The notes beneath the pieces are model-generated. The model made no database searches. It was not told where the DNA came from and saw only the letters and a program-made list of their open reading frames with translations. Below, piece after piece: positions 38,910 to 50,700 of a DNA stretch of 64,000 nt; positions within the stretch are counted from its first letter, which is position 1; each line of letters begins with the position of its first letter. The stretch lies in NCBI RefSeq assembly GCF_000002075.1, contig NW_004798248.1, positions 47,685 to 111,684 on the forward strand, given 5' to 3'. This stretch comes from Aplysia californica (taxonomy: Eukaryota). Position numbers and translations under genes: made by a program.

Positions 38910-39258
38910 GTAAGTATTTTACAGCGCTCACAACTGCATAAGGTCATATGAGCGGATGTGACACATTGCCCTTATCTGAGAAGGCTAGGTGTTAGGTCTT
39001 ACCTACCATAAGATATGGGGTGTGGCGGAAAGACGGCAGTAAGAAGGAGCAAAGAAGTAGCAGTAGAGTAGAAAGGCTGCAGTAAGAGTCAGGAGCCCAG
39101 AGGAGGGGGCAAAGGAGGTGAGGGAGTGGGGGGCAGAAGATGAAGACAAAAGCGGACAATAACATTGTAAGAGAACAAAATTTTATGTTCCTGTCTGGGT
39201 TCGAACGCGGGGTCTATTGAATGAGAGGCAAACACCGTAACCTCTAGAAACATGACAG
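38910..39258 (-). mobile_element. Full-length tRNA-derived SINE with LINE-type stem-loop tail
   Basis: Head with GTTCGAACCC; tail CGCTCATATGACCTTATGCAGTTGTGAGCG. Confidence 0.75.
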
Positions 39259-39742
39259 CCCCCTTCCAGCCATCTGCATTTTGTAAAGAAGAAATCATGT
39301 GACAGACCAATAGAAACAACACGACATTTTAGAAAATTATTAGACCTACCAACAGCACCATCCAACCATCGGTTTCTCAACAGGCACACCAACATTCAAA
39401 TAAACTATGAAAAAACCCCACTCAAATGTAAGTAAAATAATCAATTTATTTGAACTTCGTGTTTATGTGATTCCTTCAAACCACACATGATAGCCAACAT
39501 GGGGGGGGGGGGGGGGGGGGACACAGAACAAGGAGGGGCCACCACTTTGACGGAAAGACCAGAAATAAGTACAGCACAGAACAGCATACAGTATATGTGA
39601 TTGTTGCTCATGGACTGGATAAGACCAGTGGGAAATAAAATCGAATAGAACAAATTCTCTAACGTCAGCCAATTTATTTTAACATCATGCCACAATTCAC
39701 TACCACACGTCGAAATACGTAACAACATTCATGAGTATCAAT

Positions 39743-40099
39743 ATATGTAAGGCGTTGTGAAATCAGGCGCTCCTCAAAATAAGAAAATCGAAAAAACAGG
39801 TATATTTCTGCGGGTTTAGCAATTTTTAAAAGAACTTTTGTTTTTTGGCTCAACACCTTGTATGTCCATTTAAAAACATATTTGAGTGGAATTTTACTCA
39901 GGCACTCTCAAACTATAGAAGTCACAAAACTTTGGCAGTCATTTACTTGCCAGTTTTATCTCTGAAACCAGGTGACCCCATCCTCTTTTCCATCAAAATC
40001 AAGGCGAATGTACACGCTTTAAAATAATTCTTTAAATACTAATAACTCCATACACCAAAAAACTGGCGAGCACCTGATTTCACAGTGCCTTGACACATA
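39743..40099. mobile_element. MITE family A copy (inverted, internally deleted)
   Basis: Similarity to 6440-6880. Confidence 0.8.
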
Positions 40100-40292
40100 C
40101 ACACATATAAAGAGGGCTTCACTTAAAATTTTTAATTGATAGTGACCAAATTTTTCAAGGACAATACTAGTAGTGTCTTTTTTTTTTGTATGCCATGACC
40201 ACTGTAGAGATTTCTTTTAAAGATAAAGAAGAAGCACACATTAACTTGACAACTATCATTTCACAAAGGCTGACCGTTGAAGGAAAGCAAGG

Positions 40293-40328
<36 letters not shown>

Positions 40329-43300
40329 AAAGAGCGGAGGTACAGAATAGAGAGACCTACCAGAACGCCTCCTTATAATCCACGTCTTTTTGGACACAAG
40401 GACGTCTCAACAGAAGACTTTCCTGACTAAACTGATGATTGTCTTCCAGAGTATTCCCTAGACACGGCCTTAAACAAGGTCCACTCTACATGTACAAGGT
40501 CTGACACTAACTGTACATGAGAACTTAAGTCCACAGGTTCGCTCACAATCACATTTCCTCGCCATCACTTAAAATTGCAGTATATCAAAATTTCGAAAAA
40601 ATTTAGTAAGAGTTTTGCGGCACTTGAAACAATTAGGTTGTGTAAGTGCCGAAGGTTAGAGGCGCTGCAAGGGAGTAACAAACACAACAACATAAAAAAA
40701 GAGGAGAGAAAAGGACAATAAAAGTTTGATAGGAAGGACGGAAGGAGTTAACCACACCGGAGCACCCACCAACCATCCTTCACATTTCGAAAAAATACAA
40801 ATCAAGTACGCTGTAGAGTTTCACGTTGCACATCAATCTGTCCTCGTCCCATTCCTCTTCTGAAACAGATTGAGTCAAATTAAACATTACACTGTATAAC
40901 CATAGTGCTCTGAGCAATACAAAACAAGTTTTTTGCTTCTCCCAAAAACCTCACATTTTGACATACACTGCAGCATTAAATGACGGCAACGACATACTAT
41001 TACCACATAATATGTTATGTATATAAGATACTGGTGGGAAAGAGAGAACCACATGGTTCTGTTCCACAAATACAGTATAACACAGATAGCTCGAATTCGT
41101 TGAGACTGGCCTCAGTAGTTCAAGGGATCTGTAGTTCGAGAGATATCTTACAATTACAAAGATAAAGAAGGAAAGAAGAAAAAAAACGGGACAGCAGGTA
41201 CAGTTAAAAAGATGCCTGATTGCGAGTCTTCTGTGTTCAACCTATCCGTGTTATAAAATACTGTATAAGCATGTTGACAAAACAAAGACCTTATAAAGGA
41301 GGACAGCGTTGTGGCACACACACACAGCCAGGATTATGGTGCCCAGCTGAAAGCATGGTACTAATGACAGGTGATACAACTCCTTTATGACACGTGCCAC
41401 AGAACACGACAGCAACAACTTATATAACACAGGAAAAACATGACACAACGCACATAATGACAGCAACACATGTGACACGGTATTGAACACAACACAGCTG
41501 ACACAGGACACAGGCCAGAGAGCTAGCACAGTGTGAACCACTCAGCCCAGTCTGAAGCAAATCGCACAGAAATAATGTACTATTCCTCAAAAGCCTTTGA
41601 CCAAAAATATAAACAGACGTACATAAATGTAGGCCTATATGGGGGAAAAAGAAGCACACCCGAACACAGTAAAGATCAGTTTGTGCTGAGAGAAAGTGAA
41701 AACAAGACAGGCTGACAGATAAGAAAAATAGAGGGAAGTTATAGAAGATGAACCTACCAGTGGTGCCCTCCACCCATCCCCGGAAAGTAAAATAAAACTA
41801 GAAAAAGGAAATTACTGTCACAAGAAGCAAGGAGACCAAATACACATGAACCATACCAATAATAAAAATTGACAGCAGCAAGATCAATCAAATATGCACA
41901 AAGAACTGGTCCCAAAACATTTTCCACAGTCAAAATACTGTTGGACCGATCTAAAACAAGAGCATCATGTGTATATAAAATAAATTGATGAATCAAAACG
42001 TCTAAGGACAGCTCTTACTTAAAGGTAAAGACGGCAAAATTCACGAGTGAAGACGTATCATGAAGGGCTCGGAGACATAAACAACGTCAAAACAATACAA
42101 ACCTTGGGACAGCGTGAAGTACTCAGAAAAAATAGAAACCACTTTGCCGGAACAGCAGAACACAAACTAGGCTGGCACTACTCAAAGCAGGTAAACAAGA
42201 CAAAAGCAGGTAAAGCATAGAGTCATAGAGAAAAGAGGCATCAATAAGTTTTATCACCCAGCCCATACACAATAAAATAGTGTGGAAACCTATACTATAG
42301 CCTTTCATCTGGAACAACAGACAAAGAACAAAAAGAACTGTAGAAACAAATTTTCCAAATGAAGTAAAATTTTGAAAAGTCATACAAAAGATTTTTTAAA
42401 AGAATTCTCCTCTGTAATCATTCTAGTAATCTTTGAAGAATTCAAAAAAGAAAAGAAAAGAAAAGAAAAACCAATGTACTGTATGTACATATTTTATTGA
42501 TGCCGTTGACAAAGACCAAAAAAAATCAAAAGACAAATCATAGATAGATAACAAGTAAACATAGAAATAAATATAAAGCATTTGATCACAGCTTGGAATC
42601 TGTTACAAAAGTCAAATGACAGACACAGGCAAGAAACACTGTACAATGCAGTCAGCAATACATCAATACCAAAAAATCCAACATGCTTTCTGACTCAACC
42701 ACAACTTTCATACAACAGGCAACAACAGGCAATGGTGCCACAACATTATCATTTCTTCAATCAACGCTCTTAAACTTCCACATCACTTCACAAACATTCT
42801 TTGCAACTTCTTCATTATTTGCCAGGTGTGTGCAACTGGAGAAAAACCAAGTATGGTGCAGTATGTATCAAATCACCTTCCCCAAATATTACTGGTGTAA
42901 CTCTTTTATACATTATAAATTTTAAAAAGAGTAGTGTAAGCAGTTCTTCCGAGGGGTGAAAAGTATACTTGCTACTTGGAAACATGAATCCAAGCAGTTT
43001 AACACGTTTTCCAAAAACAATCTTACCACACAACAAAAGTGCAAGCTCATAAGGAACCCAACAAACCTAATATTCAACATCCAAAATATCTCATCTTTCA
43101 ATGTTACATCTTTCTACATCCAAGTCAAATATCAAATTCTTTTAAATAAAATGTTCAAATTAAAAGTCTAAGAAATCTTTCAAACTCACATCTTTTTGAT
43201 AAGGTCTCACAAAGTATAAAAAGAGATTAAAACAGGAACTTAAGAGAAATATAAAACACAAATAAAAAGGAAAAAATCAGTCGAAAACAGAAGAAAAAAA

Positions 43301-44996
43301 CATCATCTGTTCATCAAAACATAAACCAAAGAGCAAACTGAAACTGAAACAAAGAAATTGATCACACATATACACACACCTGCCATGTCCAGAAACAAAA
43401 TTTAACATGTCAGTTCATTTCACCAATTCCTATCACATCAAGTGAGAAACATTAATCTGCCTCGCAAGCAGTCAAAATACATCTTTGAAAAAGCCAAACA
43501 ATTTGAAGATGGTACGCCTCTTGTCCATAAAAAACTATACAAACTTTTGTCATCTGTACCAAGAGCCATCAGGAGTGGGGAAAAGCTTAATCCAAACTTG
43601 ACTCAACAAGATCTGAATCTCAAGGACAAAACTGTGAAAATTAATTCCAATTCTTTCATTCTAAATAAACAAAACTGAACATTTTAAGCTTTGATGACAC
43701 TAGCTAGGGGAGAACACCCGTTACTTACCTTCCCCCTTCCACTTACCTCGACCCCCCCCCGCTCCCTAAAAACCCACACAAATTGATCTTAATGATTTTA
43801 TAACATCCTTTTTTACTTTTAAACTTACTTCTATCAATGCACCATGACTGGAAAATAATTTAACAGGCATCAATCAGTGCCACGATTTATTCATCCTGTT
43901 TGCCTACTACAATAAAAAATCCCAACCATTCTTCTAAAAGTCTTCTCAGAGGTGACACACAACCTACACCTTGGAACCAATTAAAAAGTCTCGCAGTTCA
44001 CTGAACTTTGTAATAAAAACAAAACACACTGGCTTACCAGAAGCATTCAGTCTGCATACCGGCAGCACATGACCTTATTCACACATCAAAATTTCGATTC
44101 TCCATTTTCCCACTGGTTCAGGTGACTATCTTTTATCATGACTGTATTCTGGTACCACAATCCACTGTTACACTAGAATCGAGTATCATTTTCCCTCATA
44201 CTTTACGGCCACCACACTTCACACTGTCAATATGCCCTGAATTGATTCCTGCACCAGCCTAACCAGGAGAGATCATTTTGTTGTTATCCATTCTGCTGCA
44301 TTGAACAACAACCAAGAAAACAGAAGCCAACATGAAAAAGCACACTAAAGCATAAGAATTACATTTGAGTATTAAAATGCCTTTAGGTATATATGTGAAT
44401 TTATGTTGCTGGTAATTTCCCTCAGCATGAAAGCTTGCCACATCGTAAACAGAGTAAGCTTCACAATGGGCAATTAGCATTAAAACTAACAGAGCACATC
44501 CATATATATAAATGGAAATCCACTTCAAAGTTTTAATCTAAATCGTAAAATTTTAAACAACATTTTAAAAATCCAGCAATCACATTTTTTCCATTGCCAA
44601 TGATTCTGTCGTTATTTCTTGAGAAAAGGAAATAGAAGGGAGCTTGCAAGTGTACCCATGAGACACGTCAGCGTGCGTCACTGGTCCGTCATACCTTTCT
44701 TGGTGTTGTTACACAGAACCAGTCATAGATAAGTTCCTCTGCAAAAGCCAGAACCTCGTCGCAAGCATTCACACAAACTTCATTCACCGTATCGCCCTAT
44801 TCCCAGTCACTGACCACACGCAAATTGAAAACACCAGTGTCTTGTGCCAGAGAAGGTGAACTTTGGAACAAACCTTCCCGTGAGGACATGGAAGAAAATG
44901 CCCAAGGCTCTCTCCGAAGATCGTCTCAACAGTAAGACAGCCATGAACAGCACACAAGAGCAGAAATGAATCACCCTAATACACAGTTAGTCACTT

Positions 44997-45464
44997 TTAA
45001 CTGCAGCATCCAGAGTTTGAAGACTTTGCCTTTTTGGATAGGTCCACCGCGTTTGCACTGTGCATAGGCTTCTCGTCCATTTGGTCCTCCATTTCGCGTA
45101 ACCGGCCGACCGCCGATTTGAAGGCCATATCTACATTGGTTGAATCCTTCGCACTCGTTTCGAAATATGGGAGGTTGCCGTTGCGGGCACACCAAGAGCG
45201 GGCCGCCTCCTCCCCAACGTCGCGGGACGGCACGTCCACTTTGTTGCCCAGCACCAGGAAAGGGAACGGCGTGCCCTCCTGGATGTCGGCGTAGTACAGG
45301 AACTCCCGCTTCCACATGGGTAGATTCTCAAAGCTTTTCCGATCGTCCACGGCGAATGTGAGCATGCAGATGTCAGCTCCCCGGTAAAACGGCGTGCGCA
45401 GACTCTTGAACCTCTCCTGGCCAGCTGTGTCCCAAATCTGCATGGTGTAGTTCTCTCCGTCCAC
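44997..45464 (-). CDS. RAB9: Rab9 coding exon 2
   Basis: cag|VDGENYTMQIWDTAGQERF...SNSGCCS-stop. Confidence 0.96.
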   Translation of the reverse strand: MDGENYTMQIWDTAGQERFKSLRTPFYRGADICMLTFAVDDRKSFENLPMWKREFLYYADIQEGTPFPFLVLGNKVDVPSRDVGEEAARSWCARNGNLPYFETSAKDSTNVDMAFKSAVGRLREMEDQMDEKPMHSANAVDLSKKAKSSNSGCCS

Positions 45465-47526
45465 CTGTGGGAATAACAAGGATTTTTAGGATGAAGTGAT
45501 GCCTTCAGGCACAAAGGACATCTTGCCCTGCTCCAAGCTATGACGATCATCATAGACTATGTGTGAGCGATAAATACTAACTTCATTTTTTTTTTTTTAT
45601 GTTACATTTGAAAAGCGTAGATTTCAAAGTAATCTTCATATATGAGTGTTGCTATACCATTAATAATAGATAGCATTAGTATAGCGCAAATCCCCCCTCA
45701 AAAGCAAGCTCCTAACAGGGTAGTACATATTTTTAAAACCCTGAAACAGATGTCAAGTTTCGCTGTCCCTTTTTTTAAATACCCATAATTGATCTCTTAG
45801 TTTATATTTCATGGGGTTTTTAACAGAATAAAAAACTGTTGTCTTTCAAGCCAGCGAGCTGACATTCTGTGAGTACATTCCTAATCAAAATTTATGCAAC
45901 AGTGATTTTAAAAACAATTTCAACTTTTCAATACACAGAAACTTTTTTGCTGTTCAGAAGTGGTCTTTTTACATTGCCACCGAGAGCCATTAGCAACAAA
46001 AAAAAACCCATGCTGCAGCAAGCCTGAATAAATTAGAGGAAATCTGTATTGTGCCATTGTATTGTCATACAGCTTTAAACAATATGTGTACTGAGATGGA
46101 AAGCATCTGGACAAGAGTTCCTGATTCTTTTTCTTTTTTTTAGAAAAGATAAAAATATTCTGTGAAAATCCAATATACATTGTCCCTACTCTAGCAAAAT
46201 GGTACATATCTATTTTTAGCTACTTTTCAGATAAATGGAAAAAACTTCTATCTAGACTATTTATCATCTAATAATAGTAAAACTTGCCACAAATGTTTCT
46301 TTTGTCACTTGTCAGCGCATTTTTGTTTTGATTTTACCAAAGGATAGATTATTATAGTACCACCAAACAAAATAAAAGGCTAGATGCATTTTTGCACAAC
46401 TATGAGTTACATGCTATTTGCCAGTACATTGACAACATAAAATATCTCCACTGTTTTCATTTATTTCATTGGCAAAAGGAGACAAAACTCATATATTATT
46501 AAACCAGACTGTCAATCTGAACTTTTGTACTCAGTCAACTAAAAGGAAAACTAAAACTGTTTAACTAATTTTAAAGAATTTCACATAATTTTGGAGTACA
46601 CTCCACAAATAACCCACTGCGGTGATCACCCATACTTTTATATAAAATCAAGCTACATCAACATTGCTTGACATTGTTTCTACAGCTACTTCCTCTCTAT
46701 GACAATCAGCAGCAATGATAATGCCTGTTCATCCTTTTCTCCCTTTACAGCACCAGTCCGTTACAAAAGAACAATATGAACTTTTTTGACAGACCATTAT
46801 CCACTACCTTGAAGTATCAGTTATAACCCAAACCTGAGGAAAAAAATACTTTTACATGCATTTTAACCCTTATATTCCCCGCTCAATATACAAAATACCA
46901 TCTAGTCTCTATTCCTTTTCTTTGACCAGGTCATAGCTGTGTAAAGCTCATTCACATTATAGTACAGGTGTCCTTATTTTTTTAATTTCATACTTTAAAG
47001 ACAATTTTGTCATTGTTTCTTCAAAAAGATTTAGTGTTCTGCTCTGCCTCCCGGACTGCAGGGGATAAAGAAAGACAGAAAAGATAATACTATAAAGTAA
47101 GACTTTTATCCAATAGCTCAGTATTCCATTTCACTTTTGCTAGCCATTGGACAATCAAGGTAGTCTTTCTATCAATGAATCGAGACTTTTAGTTTAAATT
47201 TACCCTTTTTATATTTTGTTTTTATAGTCAAAGAACACAGCAGCCACAATGACATTCAACCCTCTGCTGTGCCATTGTATGACATTGTATGGTCCTTCAA
47301 AATACAGAAGAGTAGCAAGCAAAACAGAAAGGACAACCAAGACAAATGGCACAAACGCATGCAGTACAATACTCACCACAACATCTTTGTTGAGAAATTC
47401 CACACCAATCGTGTGGAAACTCTGTGCATCAAATTTATTGCTGACAAATCTGTTCATGAGGGAACTTTTTCCGACTCCTCCATCTCCCAGTAGCACCACC
47501 TTCAACAACTTCGACCGCCCCGACAT
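44997..47526 (-). CDS. RAB9: Ras-related protein Rab9, 205 aa, two coding exons
   Basis: Exons 47377-47526 and 44997-45464. GDGGVGKS, Rab9-type FHTIGVEFLNK and WDTAGQERFKSLRTPFYRG, NKVD, ETSAK, C-terminal CCS prenylation motif. Confidence 0.96.
47377..47526 (-). CDS. RAB9: Rab9 coding exon 1
   Basis: MSGRSKLLKVVLLGDGGVGKS...FLNKDVV|gtgagt; an acceptor at 47570 implies an upstream non-coding exon. Confidence 0.95.
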
Positions 47527-47849
47527 GATAACACAATGGCCAATATCCTATGCTCAACAGATGACTGCTCTGCAAAAAATATATACATACAATAAAAAAA
47601 ATCAACCATAGTTAAATTTAAATATATGATTCATTATTTATATCAACACTTACACTGTTTTATCTATCAACTAACCAGACCCTGAGACTCAAGCATGGTA
47701 TCACTGACCACGAAAAAAAAAAAAAAAATTTTGGAAAAGTAATAAAAGGATTTTATTCTCAAAAAGACGCCACTTCCTTCAGATACTTGTAAGCCACTAG
47801 GTAATTATTAAGTCTCTGTACTATTATGTGCATAAAAATAGAGGAAAAG

Positions 47850-48767
47850 AATAGCTCCTACCCCTGAATGGGCATGAGGCGAGGACTCCCCCCTGACCTC
47901 TCGCAGGCCGATAAAATCACCTAGGCCCATGGTGGCAAAACGCATGTGGTTGGGAATGAATGATAATGTAAAAAAATTTTTTGCCTCTCAAGTAAAAAAA
48001 AATATGGCTCACTACACACATTACTGCGCGGGATGTGAGACAGGCCATTTGTTGTTTAAACACTTAAAGAAGGAAGGCCTCTCTCCCTGCACACAATAAA
48101 TTTTATGGTTCAAGAAACAGAGAGCGTGTACGAACATAACGAGACAAGAGCATGAGACAATAAAAGCTTGTGCACAACGGTAGAAGGGTTGTAAATTATT
48201 CAGACAAAAAGGGCGAGGGCGTTAAATAGTGTTAACTACTAGATTCTAGTTCAATAATTAAGCAATCCAAGCTCTTTTCTTCACTTTCATTTCATTTTTT
48301 TTCTTTTATTGTTTTTCTTTTTCTTGTTTTTCTTGCCTCTTCTTTCCCTTTCTTCTTGAACATTTAGAGTTTGGAGAACCCTGCGGGGCAGTGCCACTGA
48401 CTAGTGTCTTTAGGCCATTCCCAAAGGGGGACATTTTTTGTTACAGTAGAATTGTAAATGGGCTGATTCATCATGTCATGCTCATTACTGTGCCTGATCT
48501 ACAACAGGGAACTGCTGCTTTTTCTTTCCTAATCCTTACTATTGTCATTTCCTTCTACTTCTTTTGTACGTTTGTCACACTCTTGTGACCCACTATTTCC
48601 GGGGTGCCTTGATAGTCGAAGCAGACCTTATGCTGTTGAAGCTAGAGAGGTGAGCAGAGTAAGTCTGATTCCCTGTAAAGACTTCTCTGTTGACACACAC
48701 CCTTGGCGCTCATATGACCTTCTGCAGTTGCGAGCGCCGTAAAACTCTCTACTATAAAAAAAAAAAA
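47850..48767 (+). mobile_element. Decayed LINE-like 3' end (I/Nimb-like tail) with stem-loop and poly(A)
   Basis: GGCGCTC-ATATGACCTTCTGCAGTTGC-GAGCGCC at 48705-48738, then an A-tail; the 5' boundary is uncertain. Confidence 0.55.
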
Positions 48768-50276
48768 GGAGTTTGAAGCCACAATAAAAAGAGCCAGAGA
48801 GCCAAAAAAATTCTCCGGCCCAGACCCGATCCAAAAGAGCCAAATTTCTGTGATTTTGCTCCAAACTGACAACACTGACAGTGACTATTATTTGGACCTG
48901 AACAGTGATGAAAACGATGCTGTGAAGTAGGGTTGGGTCGGGCTCGCAAAATTAGGGTCCACGAGTAACGAACTACTCGTTGGCACTACCCGCAAACGAG
49001 CGGACGGGTAACAAACTGTCCACTTGTGAAGAGTAGTTCTCTACTCGCTACACATCGAACAGAGACAACAGTTCGTTTAGCGAGCGAGCGGACGGGCGGA
49101 CCGAGAGACNNNNNNNNNNNNNNNNNNNNNNNNNNNNNNNNNNNNNNNNNNNNNNNNNNNNNNNNNNNNNNNNNNNNNNNNNNNNNNNNNNNNNNNNNNN
49201 NNNNNNNNNNNNNNNNNNNNNNNNNNNNNNNNNNNNNNNNNNNNNNNNNNNNNNNNNNNNNNNNNNNNNNNNNNNNNNNNNNNNNNNNNNNNNNNNNNNN
49301 NNNNNNNNNNNNNNNNNNNNNNNNNNNNNNNNNNNNNNNNNNNNNNNNNNNNNNNNNNNNNNNNNNNNNNNNNNNNNNNNNNNNNNNNNNNNNNNNNNNN
49401 NNNNNNNNNNNNNNNNNNNNNNNNNNNNNNNNNNNNNNNNNNNNNNNNNNNNNNNNNNNNNNNNNNNNNNNNNNNNNNNNNNNNNNNNNNNNNNNNNNNN
49501 NNNNNNNNNNNNNNNNNNNNNNNNNNNNNNNNNNNNNNNNNNNNNNNNNNNNNNNNNNNNNNNNNNNNNNNNNNNNNNNNNNNNNNNNNNNNNNNNNNNN
49601 NNNNNNNNNNNNNNNNNNNNNNNNNNNNNNNNNNNNNNNNNNNNNNNNNNNNNNNNNNNNNNNNNNNNNNNNNNNNNNNNNNNNNNNNNNNNNNNNNNNN
49701 NNNNNNNNNNNNNNNNNNNNNNNNNNNNNNNNNNNNNNNNNNNNNNNNNNNNNNNNNNNNNNNNNNNNNNNNNNNNNNNNNNNNNNNNNNNNNNNNNNNN
49801 NNNNNNNNNNNNNNNNNNNNNNNNNNNNNNNNNNNNNNNNNNNNNNNNNNNNNNNNNNNNNNNNNNNNNNCTTGTGGCTTGTGCCATGATAGCCGCTTTG
49901 CACCCTCGAATTCAACCTCACCAATCTGGCTAGCTAGATCTAGATCTAGATCTCTAGATCTAGATCTAGATTAGATTTTAGTAGTAAACCGGTCCGACCT
50001 CCCAATGGGCACCCCGTGTTAGTATTACGGAACTGAATCAACATTTTTTCAATTATTCTTCTGGAATCTCTAGATCTAATACTAAGAGTAGAATTGTAGT
50101 AAGAGTGTGTGTACAAATTTACGGTAGAGTGTAGCTAGTCTGCTAGTCTACTGATACTGCTACAAATTCTAGAGATCGAAGTCTATATTGACAAATATAT
50201 TAACTATAATCTCTTAACGTTGACAGACAAATTATGAGTACAATCTATTAACTCTAACCTAGATCTAGTGACTTAC

Positions 50277-50700
50277 TTTCATTTAAATTTAAAGTTTAGG
50301 TCCTGATAAGCAAAAAAAAAACATTATGACGGCACGAGAGGGGAACGCCTTGACTTGGTCTTGACTCACGCAGCAACCTTCGAGAGACCAACGCTCTTCC
50401 GTATTTCAAAGACAAAATATAGATCTACTTAAATCCAAACCTTTTCACAATATTTTGAAGATAGTCAGCATCAGACACAAACAAAAATTATTAAGATGTC
50501 ATGGCTTGCCTCTGATCTGCTTGCCTCTGATCTTGTGATCAGTAGTAATGAGACACCATGATTGATAATGACGTCATGAATCATGTGACTTTAGTCATGA
50601 GACATTTCTGTCTACTTTTCACAAAAGACTTTCAATTTCAGTAAAATGTTCACTTCCGATCGAAGTAGGCGGGGCACGAAAACTTTCAGTCGAGCGAGAC
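50277..50700 (-). promoter_or_regulatory. Putative Rab9 promoter and non-coding first exon
   Basis: Minus-strand GTAAGT donor at 50276, CpG-richer sequence, palindromic CRE ATGACGTCAT 50568-50577, TCATGTGAC 50581-50589, ETS-type ACTTCCG, GC box. Confidence 0.5.

Noticed and set aside
48986-49924. Long ORFs of 279-312 aa, and similar ORFs across other gaps
   Set aside because: Artefacts of N-runs
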